From contig CAIIXF020000001.1 of the NCBI GenBank assembly GCA_903813345.2, forward strand, positions 27,404,001 through 27,468,000: a DNA stretch of 64,000 bases. Direction: 5' to 3'. Of this stretch, positions 1 to 12,877 are shown in pieces. Source of the stretch: Owenia fusiformis. Lineage: Eukaryota. Numbering within the stretch: the first letter of the stretch is position 1; each line of letters begins with the position of its first letter. The notes under the pieces were generated by a model. The model had not been told where the DNA came from, did not search any database, and worked only from the letters and a program-made list of their open reading frames with translations. The position numbers were made by a program, and so were the translations under genes.

Positions 1-36
1 TGCAGTTGGTATGCCCTGTAAATGTACGCTGTCAAT

Positions 37-1116
37 GCACACCTAGCCATCGGCAACGTACGGTGACATAATATACCGTCGTACACTTTAGATGTACGGT
101 GTCACTATTCTAACTGATATGTTTTTGCTAAAATTAAAAAAAATCATAAGTGTACGTTGTTATCTCGATGTACGTTGTCCCATTGAACTTACATATCTGA
201 ATTTACATTTAATTTTTATGTAGACAATGTATTTTTCATAACACTAAGTGGCAGGGGATTAGATTCATTTAAAACTGAAACGGAACAATCCAGTATTACT
301 AGTTCAACTTGACTGAACTATATTGAGCCTCTGCACTTTCCAGATATAGCATAAACGGGATTTCGAGTCATCTTCGATAAGCCAGTATAGATCTCTCTAT
401 GATCTTCTTAAGATTATTAAAATTCATAAAAGTGCAACATAACGTAACGTACCGACGCCGAATGGTCAAAGAGGTTGGAAGATAGCACCCCATGGTCAAA
501 TATTAATCACCGTATCAACACTTTCATAAAATAAAATAGCATTCATCAACAGGTAAAACATCACTTTTACCTGTTTATCTGTACCAGGGATACATGAACA
601 TGTTCGTTAAACATCACTTGTTACTCATTAAACCCTAATGCGTTTCGAAATTAAATCATTGCATTGTTTACTTTTCAATTATAGGGACAACGTACATTGG
701 AGATGACAACGTACATTTTTGATTTTTTGAATTATACCAAAAACATGAATATTTATAAAACCGTCAACCGTCTTAGAGAAACATGTTCTCATAAAAATAT
801 TCGGCACTCTAAGACGACAGGGGAGAAAATAAAAAAACACATTTTCCAACCGACCAATTGCAAGGGCAGATTAACAACGAAAAAAAAAATCTGGCACTGC
901 TCGAAAATCTTTTAAAATAATTAGAAAGGCAAATGTCTTCCAAATCGAATACACACGAAATCAAACATGAAATCCTTCAGGTACTCCTCAAATTAATTTT
1001 TGAAAATCACAATCAACATCATAGTTTTCGCTTCAAATCAATTAATAGTGACACCGTACACCTAAAGTGTACGACGGTATATCTTGTCACTGTACGTTGT
1101 CGATGGTTAGGCGTGC
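37..1116. mobile_element. Non-autonomous DNA transposon (MITE) with ~73-bp TIRs and 3-bp TSD AAT
   Basis: 37-109 (gcacacctagccatcggcaacgtacggtgac...gtcactatt) is the near-perfect reverse complement of 1044-1116. AAT flanks both ends. A second internal inverted pair lies at ~138-181 / 684-728. No coding capacity. Confidence 0.8.
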
Positions 1117-1308
1117 AATCGCTGGTATGTTAAACTAAACGTATTAAGGTATACCATGTAAATATACGTTGTCCGTGGCTGATACGCGAACTATACATAT
1201 TGAGGTATACCATGTAAACATATGTTGTAAATTGAGAATACATTAAACTATACGTATTTAGGTATATCATGTAAATGTACGTTCTAAATGGCTGATATGT
1301 TAAACTAT
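1117..1308. repeat. Degenerate tandem repeat of roughly 55-60 bp (ggtataccatgtaaatatacgttgt...gctgatatgttaaacta), about 3-4 copies
   Basis: Recurring ggtataccatgtaaa / taaactat blocks. One unit is split by the 37-1116 MITE, with its first half at 8-36. Confidence 0.6.
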
Positions 1309-1761
1309 GCTTCTAGAGTTGTAAGTGTGGACAATATCTTTGAAATGGCTCCAAAGATAAAAGTTTAGGGATTCAAATCGGATGATTTTTCACCTTTGGA
1401 GCATGTTTTTGTAAAATGACCCTAAAAGCATGACCATTAAAACTCAGTGAAACTTAATAGAAGGAAAGAACATTGAACAAGGTTTGATTGTTTCAAATAT
1501 GATTTAAAAGAGTAGTCAGAAAAATCAAGTGGAACACCGTAAATGTGGTTATTTACATAAACATTGCTAACGATGTTTATATCTCTGCATCAAATGTGTT
1601 CGAATCTCATGCGAATACAAAGATGATCTCTAAGTGGAGGCGTTATACTTACAGCTGTTATTAATCCTTGTACTGTGCTTTTCAGGTACGCTAGATATGT
1701 AGCATTGTCATTTTCATCCCAAACGCTTCCAATGGATATACTACAATATATTTGGAATTTT

Positions 1762-2293
1762 AACAAGGCACAGGGTGAACAATATCGTACCTAAAATATA
1801 GCAGTGTGGGCTTGTTGACCCAGAAAGCAAAATGGCCGCCGAAAAGTTAATCAGCTCTAGAACCTCTTACCATGTAACATGTGTAAAAATTAGAAGTAAA
1901 TCCGTTAGGTGGTTTTCCTGGAATCGCGATGATAAGATTTATCAAAAAACTTCTAAAATGGCCGCCAGAATGCAAGATGGCCGTCGAAAAGTTAATCAGC
2001 TCTAGAACTTCTTACCATGTAACATGTGTAAAAATTTGAAGTAATTCTGTTCAGGGGTTTTCCTGGAAACGTGATGACAAGATTTATCTAAAAACTTCCA
2101 AAATGGCCACCAGAATGAAAGATGGCCGCCGAAAAGTTAATTAGCTCTAGAACTTCATACCATGCAACATGTGTAAAAATTTGAAAGTAAATCCTTTAAG
2201 TGGGAATCGCGATGAATAGAAAATTGAGACGCCGCCCGCGCACCCACTGGCCAAGCTGACGACAATATCGTACCTTTTTAAGTACGATAAAAA
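1762..2293 (+). mobile_element. Helentron/HINE-like non-autonomous element carrying a 145-bp tandem array
   Basis: Starts aacaag after a T run. ACAATATCGTACC occurs at 1779-1791 and 2262-2274. 3' hairpin atcgtac...gtacgat (2267-2288) is followed by an A run. Internal units gaaaagttaa(t/c)agctctagaac at 1841, 1986 and 2131 give a period of 145. Confidence 0.65.
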
Positions 2294-3682
2294 GCATAAT
2301 CTGTGAGTAAATAATTTATCTAATTTGATATCATATAGCTTTGCATCTTGTTAAATCATACTGGTAATTGAATGAAGGGGGAGGGGTAGAGGGCGCTGAA
2401 TCGAAGATCAACACATTTTTGTTTGTTTATCATTATAATTTTCAAACTGCGTGGATAATATGCCCAATATGGTGTCATCCACTTGAAAATGTATTGTTTT
2501 AATCTAACTATTGGAAATAAATAAAATGAATGAAATAAAATAAATAAAATAATTAATGATAATAGGTTTTTATCTCCGGAACTCACTCCACTACCAGAAT
2601 ATCTAAATAAGCACAAGTGCCAGAGGAAACTGAAATAAATCAACCGGATTCAACTTACTTTACAACACTCTTCCGGGCTGTTATTCCCACCTGGTTAATC
2701 ACCCTGTTGATAGCTGCGACAAACAAACTGAGAAACAAATAATTATCAACGGCCTTAAGTCATGATTGAAACATTTTAAAAAGAATCATTAAAACAGATT
2801 TCATCCAGACATTTTTTTAGATATGTTAAACTATGAATATCTCATTTTAGCTATTTCGTCATTTCCAGAAAGTTAGTGTCCCTTAGATCATTGACTTACG
2901 CGTAAGAAGCGAATTCATCTTGATCAAATATTCGAATAGCATGTATTTTTGCTCCTGGCGAGACACCAAACTCTCCTCCAATGAGTCCTATAAATAATGA
3001 TTGATGAAATATACAAAATGAATTCATAATAAATAAGGAATAAATATCAGATATTAAAGTTAGAATATCACATTTTTGTAAACTTGATGTTTTAGGTCAA
3101 TGTTTGGAAGTTTGCTTTCAGTGCAGTGCGGCGTTCAACTAATTGGCATAATTTGTCACCCTTTGTGTATTGTCGTTAGTGTTTTGCGTAGTGTGCATGA
3201 TCTTTGTATGGGCCCAGACGTAAACCGTGTAATATGGATATTAGGCTTTTTCAAATGTATAACCTGGTGTCATTACTTAGTTCTCACCCTGCATATTCAA
3301 TGGTGTATATTTAACGTGTTGAAACGCAGTCATGAGTTAAAATATAAAGTACATGTATACCACCAAATCACCAACCTGCCATTGCAGTTCCATGTCCATT
3401 AAAGTACGTAATATCAGGAGCACTTGTTTCATCCGTAGACACATAATACTCCTGGAATTAAGATCGATATCATTTTGGCCTAAGGGGTCGTCGTATATAA
3501 CAACGAAAACAGCAACTCCACGGAGAAGCAAATCCCACAGAACAAAACCGTCCATTTATTGTAACTCGCATTTGCTACCATTTGCTCATTTGCACATGTC
3601 CCCTTTGGAACTCTTCCTCTTTATTTTGATACCAAATAATGGCATACTGTGTACCCTAAGACCCAACTCTGGCGTTATTTAG

Positions 3683-4047
3683 AACAAGATAATAGGTTTT
3701 TAAATGGACTCTACCTTTTGGCGGATGGATATTGAACCTCACATCTTGAACAGAGCATATGAGCATATCAAATTTGAACAAAATCCATCCACTGGTATTT
3801 GAGTTAGAAAAAAGAATTTAGTCAATTTGAAGCAAGTTAAAAAATACCTTTTGACCTTTTTTGATAGTGTGAAGGTCAAATCTCAAATCTAAAGTCAGAT
3901 TTGAATTGAAGTCAGTCTTACAACAGCATTCGTTAAGTTATTGGAAGTTTTAAAAATTTGTTACAGACGCCAACCGCCATCCTCCGACCGTCATCCAAAA
4001 AACCGAGGCCATAACAATATGTCACCACTTTTTGGTGGTGACATAAT
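3683..4047 (+). mobile_element. Helentron/HINE-like non-autonomous element
   Basis: Starts aacaag, has the same aaatttgaa/gacct-type internal motifs, and ends in a perfect 10-bp hairpin atgtcaccac-tttttg-gtggtgacat (4019-4044). Confidence 0.5.
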
Positions 4048-5609
4048 GACTAAATTGCCATTCTATAATAGTTTTATTTGTTTAACGTAATGTTTACATG
4101 ACCAGAATCACCTTTTTCATGATGAAAATAACATTAGATATGCTGTTCAAAATGGGTATTCCTCCGAAATTGGGCAAAAATTGATAAAAATACAACAACA
4201 GAAACATCATTCTTGATTATTTTTAGCTAGATAAAATTTTGACGGTGTCGAAACTACGTCTAGTATATTATGAATGATTGATAGAACAAATTAAAATGAT
4301 GGAAAGTCAAAAGAGAAATCATAGCATTTTGATAGTCTGAACTTGAGTTCTTACCGATGCAACCCCATACTTGTTAAAGGCTGAATGGTTATTATGTATT
4401 CCGCTAAAATATAAGAAAAAACATGTGCATATCATTTTGAGGTACGTGCAATCGTTATTCATTGCCATTTTACATGTATTTTTGTTGTTTTTTCATTATA
4501 ATTTCTCTTTGTTTCATTCAGTTTGTTTTATCTCAAGAATATATTTGTAGTATCATAGGGATCTATTCAATTGCATCTTTTCAGCATTAGAGAAGATTTA
4601 TATTTAATAAAATTAAATGTGCATTATGGTGATGGACATCTATTTGTGTTTATAAATATTTTGTAGAGGGTACGAGAGTGCATTGTGTCAAACTAATTAA
4701 CTTAGCCAGATAGTGAGCGCCCGTCATTCAGTGTCGTTACACAGTTAACATCTTAGACGTTGTTGCCAATTTTGGTGTTAAAGGAAAATCTGTGTCACTC
4801 TGTAGTACCAGGTAATAGGGAAACAATGCTTTTCAACTCACGTGTCTAAGATGTATACGTCGACCGAATCGAATCCAAGACTTTGATCTACAACATAAAT
4901 TCAAGTTTTGCTAGGTGTTTATCAGTCTCAAGTGTACCCAGACTTATTTTCTGTTTATATATTTTTAGAACGATGAAATCACTGTTTACGACGAATTTCA
5001 ATTTTTTTTCATTACCATATTCATTATAAAATAGATTATTCAACGGTAACTCATCTTGGTCAACCCTGTCCATTGCCTGAAATGAATCATGATCAAATGA
5101 ATTAAATGTATTAACAATATTTACAATACAATACAATACAATATATCGCAGGTAGGCTATTTTTCACATCAGATGTACGTTAAAAAGTAGAAGTATACTC
5201 GTCTTTTAAAACCTCACACAATTTCAAAATTTTAAAAGCGTCCATCTAAGAAAATTCGAATTGTGGCCATTGCGGAATTATCCTAAGACAAGTCCAGCTC
5301 TGTATCTCCCGTTCCAAGATTCTAGGGAAAACGTTGTTCGGTGTAGAAATAGTTCAGCAATTTCATTAGAATAATTCTTTTCAGCGAAACCAACTCACGC
5401 GTGCAACTACAGGACTGTAAAAAAGTTTAATATCTCAGTCAATTTTCCATATTTCGCCTTAAAATTTCAAAATTATTTAGTTCATCAATGTGAATTTTCT
5501 TGTGAAAGTTGTGAAATCTGCCAGTCAAAAACTAAAGTTCCTTTCAAAGCATGCCCCAAATGTGCACCTCTCCTCTCTATGCACAATTCAATCCGGCGAA
5601 CAAAGTTGT

Positions 5610-6052
5610 TGATGGTCCTCCTTACACATTTCTTTCTGAATGGAGAAGTTTATTCTAAGAACAATTGCTACTGGAGCTTACATCCTCCTGAACAAGTGTT
5701 ACTGCATCAATTGCATTCTGAACAATGCACTGCCTGGGTGGCAAAGAGCAAACATGGAACAATCGGTCCTATTTGGTTCGAAAATAACTGGAGACATGCT
5801 ATCACCATGAACAAGGACCAGTGTATTGAAGTTGTCACTAAGTTCTGGAGGTCATTAAGCGCCATAAGGGGCATCTAAGGAGATTGGCAGTGGTTTCAAC
5901 AAGCCAATACCACCTCTACACTGCAAATTATATGCTAAAATGGTTGAGGCAATGCCTTGGTGGTCAGCTCATCAGTAGCAGAACTCAAAACATATGGGAA
6001 GCTTATTTACCAGATCTAAATCGTTCAGATTTTTATCTTTGAAGATTTCTCA
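5610..6052 (+). pseudogene. Degenerate Tc1/mariner (maT/DD37D-like) transposase DDE-domain fragment
   Basis: Translation gives HFFLNGEVYSKNNCYW, HSEQCTAWVA..HGTIGPIWFE, then across stops and frameshifts WFQQ (cf. WFQQDGA) and YLPDLNRSDFYL (cf. SPDLNPxDFFLW). Confidence 0.75.
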
Positions 6053-8884
6053 ATGCACCCCGTATTCTCACTGATATGAAGTTCACGAAACATAGAGAGG
6101 CTTTAGCAAATAAACGGAAATATTTGAAGGAGAACGGGTTTGAAAATCAGTCAAATTCTTGTTATAGGATAAATTAACAAAGATAAGGATAAGTTTTGGA
6201 AATGGGGTCTATATCCCTCGGAAAATATGATATCTTACTTGGACCGTCCGGAACCTCAGTGATCGAGATATCAACATTGCCATCATGGTATATCCCATAA
6301 TAAAAACCACCCAAAACACAGCTCTCATATATATCTAAGTATGGTAGATCACATTAAATATTTCGAGAAAAAATAGTATCACTGAAAAATACTTTAACAT
6401 TATATAAAAAGCTTAACACCATTGGCAGTATTTTCAGATTATTCACAGGTCCGCGCAGTCAACTGGGTAAATCATATTTTGGCATCTACGTGTATGAAAA
6501 ATAAAATAACACAAGGTCCTCTAGAATAAAAACATAGAAAGTGAAACAATTTCAGACAAAATACTCTAGTTCAATATAATCCTCAAAGTCATGAACAGTA
6601 TGTAATAGTGTACTAACCCAACGATAAGTCACATCTTCCTGGTTGCAAGTCGGTTCACTTAATGGTTCTAATTCTCTATTTGGAAACACATCTATTACAG
6701 TCGGATCATTTTAAGAAGTCTAGATATCTGAAATTATTTGTCAGTGTTCGTATTATGCTCAGAGGAAAATGCAAAGATGTTTTGTGTTCTCCAAAATACG
6801 CTCATTGCATATCATGATACCTTGTATCTTTGATAAACTAAAACTTACGTTTTATCGGAACATTCGACTAAGTACATTCTGGTTGTCTTGGTGTCATCTA
6901 TTTTTTGCTTCTGACAATATATTTCACGTTGTTTTGTGGGATCACAATTGTATTTCTCAGCCTCTGCTTGTAGAGCTCCATATCTATCAAATGCTACAAG
7001 AAAATAACAGTTTTGTCTGATGTTTTATACACATCATGCTGTTTTCTTCTTCGAGCGTGATGATAATTGATAATAAACTAAATGTGTTTCATTTTTGTAT
7101 TTTTGTATAATGCAATATCGGTGTTAAGGCCAGCGTAAGCAAAATAATTAAAATAAAACCTTGTAAATCATTCAGCGATGCTTCCATGACAACGATATAC
7201 TGACTGTCTATGTCCAAACTCCCTGAAACGGAAATATGTCTTACTAGAAGGCACAGTCTTGAAGAAGAAATCAAGGTTAAATTATCATTAGTATACCTAT
7301 ACAGACCACGTTGATTCCCTCGATAAACTTCTTTTATCATATGAAGTGAATGACTTATTAGTTTCCATTAAATGTGAAGCAATAGATTAAGGGGTGATGG
7401 ACTAACCTTTCGTTTTTTTGACAGGAATAATTGACTGAAAGACATTGTATGCACATTAATTCGTTAAAATACCGACACGATTTTTTGACACGACGCTATG
7501 TGGTCAACTTTTAAATTCCATGAACTCTGCTATTCTTTTACATCCTGTGCCAAAAATCAAATTTTGCTTTGGAAACTCGGAACTGGGAAACTGCTCCGTC
7601 ACAGCGGACAAAAGATTTAAACAATATTTTTATAAAAGAATTAAAAAGACCAATTACATCAATATTTCATTAATACATTCAGAGTCATGCCATTAACAAG
7701 TTAAATAAGAAATACCAGCCTGTTTTTTTATCTCTTAGATATTGTGCTTACAGGCATATGGTTGACGCAAGAAAGTTTATTTGCTGTTAGGTTGTTCTAT
7801 TCCCGGGTTCTACTAGCTTCTGGAAGGTAAGTGACAGTATCAATCTTTAGCTAAGTCTTATTATTCACGATTATAGTACATGTAGTAGTCAGACTTTATA
7901 AATGTTGATTTACATGAGGTCTGAGCTAAAACACAGATGGAGCTACATTGAGAAATCTCGCAGCAAAAATCTGGCCTCATCCTTAAAAGGTCCCATGTGA
8001 AGTTTGGTATAAGTTTTATCACTCATTTACTATTTTTCATGACTTTAAAATTTATTTTGGAGATTTTTGAAAAATACAGAAAGTTGTAAAAATCATCAAG
8101 TATTCAAATTTGAAGTGCAAAAATTATTATATTTTCTAGCATATCAGAAAGATTTTGGAGCTATTTGCTGTTAGGTTGAATGGTCTACTCCCGGGGTTCT
8201 ACTAACTCCTGGAAGGTAATTAAGTGACAGTATCACGCTAGCACTTGAACTCCCATTAGAATATCAGGTTACATCCATATACTATAACATATTAAAAAAA
8301 ATAAGGATTTGTGAGTTTAATTAAGAAGCAACAGGTTAACTCTGTGTTGAGAAGACATCTTTCGTCGCTGATTGGTCAAGTCAAAAGACAAATTACGTCA
8401 TTCAATGGCGGTTTTAAAATTTATGTATTTATCAATCACGTATAAGCACGTACCGTGGTCTTATGAAATGATCCTGTAAATGAAACAGGGCAGTTTGGAT
8501 GAGTGCAAGGATTATATTGGCTGATGCACATGTATCCTTTGGATAATTCACTCTCCCGATGTTTACAGAATCATTGTACACGGATTATTTTATATTCAAG
8601 ATGATTTCAATAAACTGGAATTTATAAAACTCCCCTAATTTCCAGTAGACTCGCCTGGAGCCGCCATATTGTTTTCATACGGGAAGCTTATCGTAACCGT
8701 TTAAGAAAAAAGTAATTCTGATTTTGCAGCTATACAGAATCAAATCTCAACAATTGATGAAGTTATGTATAAGTCTCTTGTTTAAAGAGAGAATCAGATC
8801 TAGCGAGCAGCACATTTGTAAACTGCACTAATAAGAATTTTGATTGATTTTAAACTTAATGGCTTGATAGTTTTTTAAAATTAA

Positions 8885-10566
8885 AGTCCCCATATGAAGT
8901 TTAAACCGCTTATAATGTCGTCTTACATAATGTTATCAAAGTATGATATATTAATTTCAAATAAAAAATTATGGTTTTTGAAGGACTTTTTGTTCGAAAA
9001 ATCGTGATTTCTTTAAAACTAACCTTTAGAGGTCAAACTTCTTTTAAAAGGCGAAATTTTACACCAATGCATAACATTACTCTTCTTTATGTTTTTTACA
9101 AAAGACACTGTTTTTGCACTGTAACTTCAACTTTTACATGAAAATTGGCGGAATATGTGAATATTTGAGAAATGAAAAACTGACAACTTTTATCTTCAAA
9201 ACTCTCTAATGACAAATAATAAGTGAATAATTCAAATATATTTTCAAACTCTACATCACGGTGTATAACCCAAACGCTCCTACATGCACGACGGAGCGTT
9301 TCATTACTGAAATTAAACAAAGAAACGCTCCGGAGTAGGAAAACTGGCTGGCGGGAATGATGAGCCGTCTGACGATTTCCCCAATAATGGGAATAAGAGG
9401 TATGAGTTCCATATTTCGAGTATACCATTCGATGGGTGTGATATTCATGTTGTACTTGGCTGGCTGTTGACGGTTGAAGCAATTGGGAAGAGCTGTACAA
9501 AGCAGTATAGTTATCAAAATTCAAAAACGTATTTGTCATTCTACCGGTCAAAACCCCTTTTGTCGATACATGTGATTAGTTGAGCCAAGATTAGAGCACC
9601 AACGTATATTTTAGTCAAATTCCAATGCTTCAACGCACCATACATTATCGTAATAGTGATTTGATGACCGAAAATCCAGTCTTAAAAATGATAACATTCT
9701 CATATTCAAGAAACGCTCCGATCTGGTTAACACAGTGAACTGGAAACGCTCCGGTAGTCTAGATCAGTTTAGGAAATATATAGCTTGTCTTTCCCTTTCA
9801 GGAAGCGAAAGAAAAGATCTATTATACCCCTTGGCATCAAAAGAAGAAAGATTAATTCACATATAAATTTTAGTTTTTTTCTATAGTTTTATGATTTAGC
9901 ACACATGTACATGTAGGCATGACATCATCTAATGTAGGCTTAAATCAGCTAGTTGCACGTTTAGCACCACCAGGTTCAGATGTTTCAATTTGCCTAACAA
10001 GTACAACACGTTTTTGAGAGAAAGATTCGATTCGGAACTCTTCTCTAATAATCTGAAAATGATATCAAAACAAAATGGTAAGAGCGTTTCTAAAATTGTG
10101 CTCTAAATCGACGGAGCGTTTTGAGGAAAACAAGCGATTTCTCGAGAACAAGTAATGGATTTGGACTGGGATTTTAGGAAATGAGAATATACGAGTTTGT
10201 GATCTACTACTTTAACAGAATGATTAACGTTTTCATAGAAATACTAGTTTAATTCGTAATTTGTGGTCAAATCGTCATCTTCAGATTCGTTCGATCTACA
10301 CTACGGAGCTTTGATCGAGCAAATAACAGTTTACCACCAGAAGTTGAATAAATAAGATCTTTCCTCACGGTATTGTTCATCGAATGGTACATAATATTTC
10401 ACCATAACATATGATATGTAAGAGAAACGAGAGAAACAATACTTACGGTCATAGTGGAATCTTCATTGGCCGCCATTTTATTTCGCTCCGGAGCGTTTCC
10501 GCGTAAATGAAACGCTCCGTCGTGCATGTAGGAGCGTTTGGCTTATACACCATGTACATGGGTACT
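8885..10566. mobile_element. Kolobok-like non-autonomous element (TTAA-flanked), interrupted in its right TIR by a Transib-type MITE
   Basis: ttaa|agtccccatatgaagttt ... aaactctacat[insert]gggtact|ttaa. Internal sequence (tttgaaggactttttgttcgaaaaatcgtga) is shared with the copy at 37147-37981. A related end in inverted orientation starts near 7983. Confidence 0.6.
9257..10554. mobile_element. Transib-type non-autonomous transposon, ~48-bp TIRs starting CACGGTG, 5-bp TSD TACAT
   Basis: Left end CACGGTGTATAACCCAAACGCTCCTACATGCACGACGGAGCGTTTCATT; right end is its reverse complement with 2 mismatches (10506-10554). TACAT at 9252-9256 and 10555-10559. CAC termini with a 5-bp TSD are Transib/RAG hallmarks. 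Confidence 0.75.
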
Positions 10567-11500
10567 TTAACGGTATCAAATTAATTTAAACGTAATGGAC
10601 ACCATTAAACGTCAATCCAAGGTCGAAAAACTAATTGTGACGCATGTACTCATATATAGATATAGTGCAGTCAGTTAGCTGTTCAATTGCACATGCTATA
10701 TATAAAGCACCATTATTTGACAGAAGTATCATTAATACATATATTTTTGATATCTAACGAAGTGGTGGTAAAAGTGGCCCCAGTTGATAAAAGCAGGCCT
10801 CGAAAATTTTGCATGTTAATTTATCAATCTTCAAAAGACCCCCTGCAGAACAGTTTAAAAGTGATAAAGCCCATATTCGTAGTTTCAGAGTAATAATTCC
10901 TAGTAATATTCCTAGTATCTTACAATAACATGATTATCTTCAAAATAAGAAGGGTTGTTTTTTTCTTTTGCCTAGTAATATATTTGGAAAATCTCCATTG
11001 GCTGCCATTATGAACACTGCATCAAATGTGGAATTTCTAGTAATTTCTAGACGTACTTAGTCGGTCTAGGAACTCCGTGTATCTAGAGATTTCTAGGCGT
11101 ACTTAGACGTGCTTAGAGCTGGCGTGGACAGAGCGTGACTAGAGTCTAGAAATCTCCAAGCACGCCGTGGTTAGACGCAAGACAAAATTAGTCGTTATTA
11201 AATGTGAGATGTGAGATTTTGCGCTATATATGGAAACATTTAAATTATAATTTACCGCACGTGTTAATATTTCATGTTTTGCTTTAGCTAAATACGGGAT
11301 ATCAAATCAAAAAGAGTATGTTTTCACTTTATATCCGACTTGAGTCACGAAAAGTACATCGCAACATGGCTTCTTAATTGTTAAATTGTTATAAATTAAG
11401 AGGGTCTGTTTAAATGGGTATTTCCACTAATCAACACCCAGTATTTCGCATTGACAAGTACCAGGGCCGAATCCAGCATTTGCTAAGGGGATGACTTTTG

Positions 11501-11780
11501 AATTATTCCAGGGGTGAGGTCACATTTGATATTTGCTCAAAAATTACACGAAAACTGCTCAAAATGGTGAAAGAATTATTGGCCAGGGGATACAGTATTA
11601 TTTTAAACTAGACATCTCTGTCGGCGAGGGGGGGCTAACTTATTCCAGGGGTGGGGTCACATTTGATATTTGTTCAAAATCACACGAAAACTGCTCAAAA
11701 TGGTGAAAGAATAATTGGCCGGTGGATGCAGTATTATTTTAAACAATACATTACTGTCGGCGAAGGGGAGGGGGGGCTAA
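11501..11780. repeat. Tandem duplication of about 137 bp (2 copies)
   Basis: tattccaggggtg(a/g)ggtcacatttgatattt...aaaactgctcaaaatggtgaaagaa...tgtcggcga repeated at ~11504 and ~11641. Confidence 0.7.
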
Positions 11781-12386
11781 CATATAGTTGAAATTACAGA
11801 ATACGCTACCTTAATTTTTGATAATCTATAAAAATAATCTTGTCTTAAACAACTACTGATTTATATATGTGAACGGATATTTGTAAATTTGGTTTAAAAA
11901 GAAACTGAATATAGGGTAAAAATGAGGGAGACACAGACGTCGGAAGAGTGGGGATAAAATCTAAACAACACTAAGCTGAGACAGAATGAGAATCATATGT
12001 CTGGACTCGCAAGATTTTCATAAACATATTTGTTGATTGCTCGCGAAAACAAAAACAAATTTCAGGGTTTATTGGCATCACACAATATATGCAAAATGGG
12101 GGAGTGCATTTTCCCAGGATTTAAAACAATGCTTTACTTTAAATGTCGCCCCTCATACTAGCATACGCTTTAACTATCAGATTCAGGAGCACCCTGCCCT
12201 TGATATGTTAAAACATAGTTTTCCTGTACCCCTTTTCAAAAATACAACGAACTAAATACATAGTAATAATGACCTTGGAATTGATTTCTTTGATCTGTAA
12301 TCTAGATCACACAATAACTAATTAACTGTTTGATTGCGTTTTTGCTTCTTCAAAGACGGGATATCCCTAAATTACCTTGATTACAG

Positions 12387-12847
12387 CATGGGCTTTCAAG
12401 AGAGTCCATGATTGCAGTCTACATGGTCTATAGGCTATTTTTAATTCCTCGTTATTTTAGTTGTGTATCTCTGAATTCCGGCTCTGATTATCATATACAA
12501 TTTACTTTAACCAATTTTACCCGTTATTTGAACTTCAAAACTGTCACATACATATTGGTGGTCCCTAATCATATTAGGACCAATAACAAACAACATAATT
12601 AAAACTGGAAAACATACAATACATATTCATCATCTCATCTATTTCTCCGGTTTGTATCTCCCGGTAATCTTTATGCCTTGAGCCCTTACAGATACTTTAG
12701 ATACACTTATTTTCACGCTACTTAATTTGACGAATTTGCTCAATTTCAAATATTGGCGGCTATTTAATTTGGCGGAATCAGGACTGAAGTTTAATCTTTG
12801 TCTATGTTTATACATGGGCTATCAAAAGATTCTCTTGAAAGCCCATG
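12387..12847. mobile_element. MITE with ~20-bp TIR CATGGGCTTTCAAGAGA
   Basis: catgggctttcaagagagtc (12387) versus gattctcttgaaagcccatg (ends 12847). No clean TSD. Confidence 0.45.
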
Positions 12848-12877
12848 GTTTATGTCATTAGGACGGGTATTTACTAC

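Larger units (their letters stand above)
1530..7222 (-). pseudogene. Decayed multi-exon subtilisin/kexin-like (S8) serine protease with I9-type prodomain
   Basis: Minus-strand exon-like blocks, most with AG/GT ends, in canonical order: 7160-7222 GSLDIDSQYIVVMEASLNDLQ; 6849-6993 AFDRYGALQAEAEKYNC...YLVECSDK; ~6635-6758 ...DFLK/NDPTVIDVFPNRELEPL (frameshift); ~3376-3555 RGVAVFVVIYDDPLGQNDIDL (catalytic Asp) then, after a frameshift, YFNGHGTAMAG (catalytic His); ~2660-2728 LFVAAINRVINQVGITARKSVV; 1653-1740 ISIGSVWDE...TVQGLITA; ~1530-1629 IIFVFA*. Stops and frameshifts are present. The catalytic Ser exon was not found and would lie left of the window. Confidence 0.65.

Noticed and set aside
9096-9551. 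151-aa and 88-aa ORFs at the Transib-type element end as a transposase remnant
   Set aside because: They cross the element boundary and show no RAG1/Transib motifs.
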